A stretch of 63,869 bases of DNA, counting the filler, from Octopus bimaculoides (taxonomy: Eukaryota): NCBI RefSeq assembly GCF_001194135.2. It is 6 parts of 6 records of this genome, joined end to end, with 100 filler letters (N's around TTAATTAATTAA, not from the genome) between each part and the next. Parts side by side here need not be neighbours in the genome. Positions count along the whole stretch, not along the records: positions 61,302 to 63,869 come from NC_069002.1; 5 more parts are not named here. The stretch is one strand, 5' to 3'. Within the stretch, counting starts at the first letter, position 1, and each line of letters starts with the position of its first letter. Shown one piece after another: positions 63,003 to 63,869 of the stretch. Both the position numbers and the translations under genes were made by a program. The notes under the pieces were generated by a model, which saw only the letters and a list, made by a program, of their open reading frames with translations, was not told the origin of the DNA and searched no databases.

Positions 63003-63296
63003 TGGAGGTGCAATGGCCCAGTGGTTAGGGCAGCAGACTCGAGGTCGGAGGATCGCAGTTTCGATTCTCAGGCCGAGCGTTGTGAGTGTTTATTGAGTGA
63101 AAACACCTAAAGCTCCACGAGGCTCCGGCAGGGGGTGGTGGCGGCCCCTGTTGTACTCTTTTGCCCCAACTTTCTCTCACTCTTTCTTCCTGTTTCTTGA
63201 GTAATGTTGCGATGGACTGGCATCCCGTCCAGCTGGTGGGAACACATACGCCATAGAAACCAGGCCCATGAGCCTGGCTAGGTTTTAGAAGGGCAA
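63003..63296 (+). mobile_element. SINE-C, head H1 plus tail T2
   Basis: Head and body as at 21943 up to cttcctgtttct, then gagtaatgttgcgatggactggcatcccgtccag..catagaaacc..cccatgagcc. Confidence 0.9.
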
Positions 63297-63420
63297 AATC
63301 TCGAAATCACTACATGAATTAATATGTTAACATTTATATTGTGTGTACTTCATGCTAAAAATATTTTTTCTGAAGTCGTAGTCAACGAAATGGGTGTGTG
63401 TATGCATATATATATATATA

Positions 63421-63814
63421 CTCTTTTACTCTTTTACTTGTTTCAGTCTTTTGTCTGTGGCCATGCTGGAGCACCGCCTTTTAGTCGAGCAAATCGACCC
63501 CAGGACTTATTCTTTAGAAGCCTAGTACTTATTCTATCGATCTCTTTTGCCGAACCGCTAAGTTACGGGGACATAAACACACCAGCATCGGTTGTCAAGC
63601 GATGTTGGGGGTACAAACGCACATACATATATATATATATACATATATACGACGGGCTTCTTTCAGTTTCCGTCTACCAAATCCACTCACAAGGCTTTGG
63701 TCGGCCCGAGGCTATAGTAGAAGACACTTGCCCAAGATGGCGCACAGTGGGACTGAACCCAGGACCATGTGGCTGGTAAGCTAGCTACTTACCACACAGC
63801 CACTCCTACGCCTA
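63421..63814 (-). mobile_element. SINE-A, full length, young-looking
   Basis: Complete head, short (AT/GT) core, tail ending (gtaaaaga)x2. Confidence 0.95.
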
Positions 63815-63869
63815 TATATATATATATATATATATGCAGACACACACCCATATATAGAATATATATATA

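Overview
AT-rich, microsatellite-saturated animal genomic DNA with many N gaps. The SINE repertoire and repeat texture point to a coleoid cephalopod, probably an Octopus draft assembly (inference). No host protein-coding gene, rRNA, true tRNA gene or CRISPR array can be supported. Most listed ORFs are translations of microsatellites, gaps or transposon debris. The window is a transposon graveyard containing: three tRNA-derived SINE groups (working names SINE-A, -B, -C; about 30 copies); an internally deleted Ty3/Gypsy LTR element with PBS and PPT (10488-14518, minus); at least six fragments of R4/Dong-type RLE LINEs, most in or beside (TAA)n arrays; a HERO-like LINE 3' end; CR1/L2-group LINE fragments; Penelope-like GIY-YIG remnants; Tc1, mariner, Tigger-like and piggyBac-like DNA elements; several MITEs; and Helitron-like termini. 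The most notable signals are (1) fold-back elements carrying minimal hammerhead-ribozyme motifs in both arms, (2) a complete 2x2 head/tail shuffle among SINE-C copies, (3) SINE-B tail type tracking insertion-site type, (4) Dong-like LINEs landing in antisense SINE tails, (5) an in-frame C2H2 zinc finger-mariner junction, and (6) a 4-kb repeat-free island with candidate exons. All family assignments come from motifs read by eye and remembered family features, not from database searches. Boundaries of degenerate copies are approximate.
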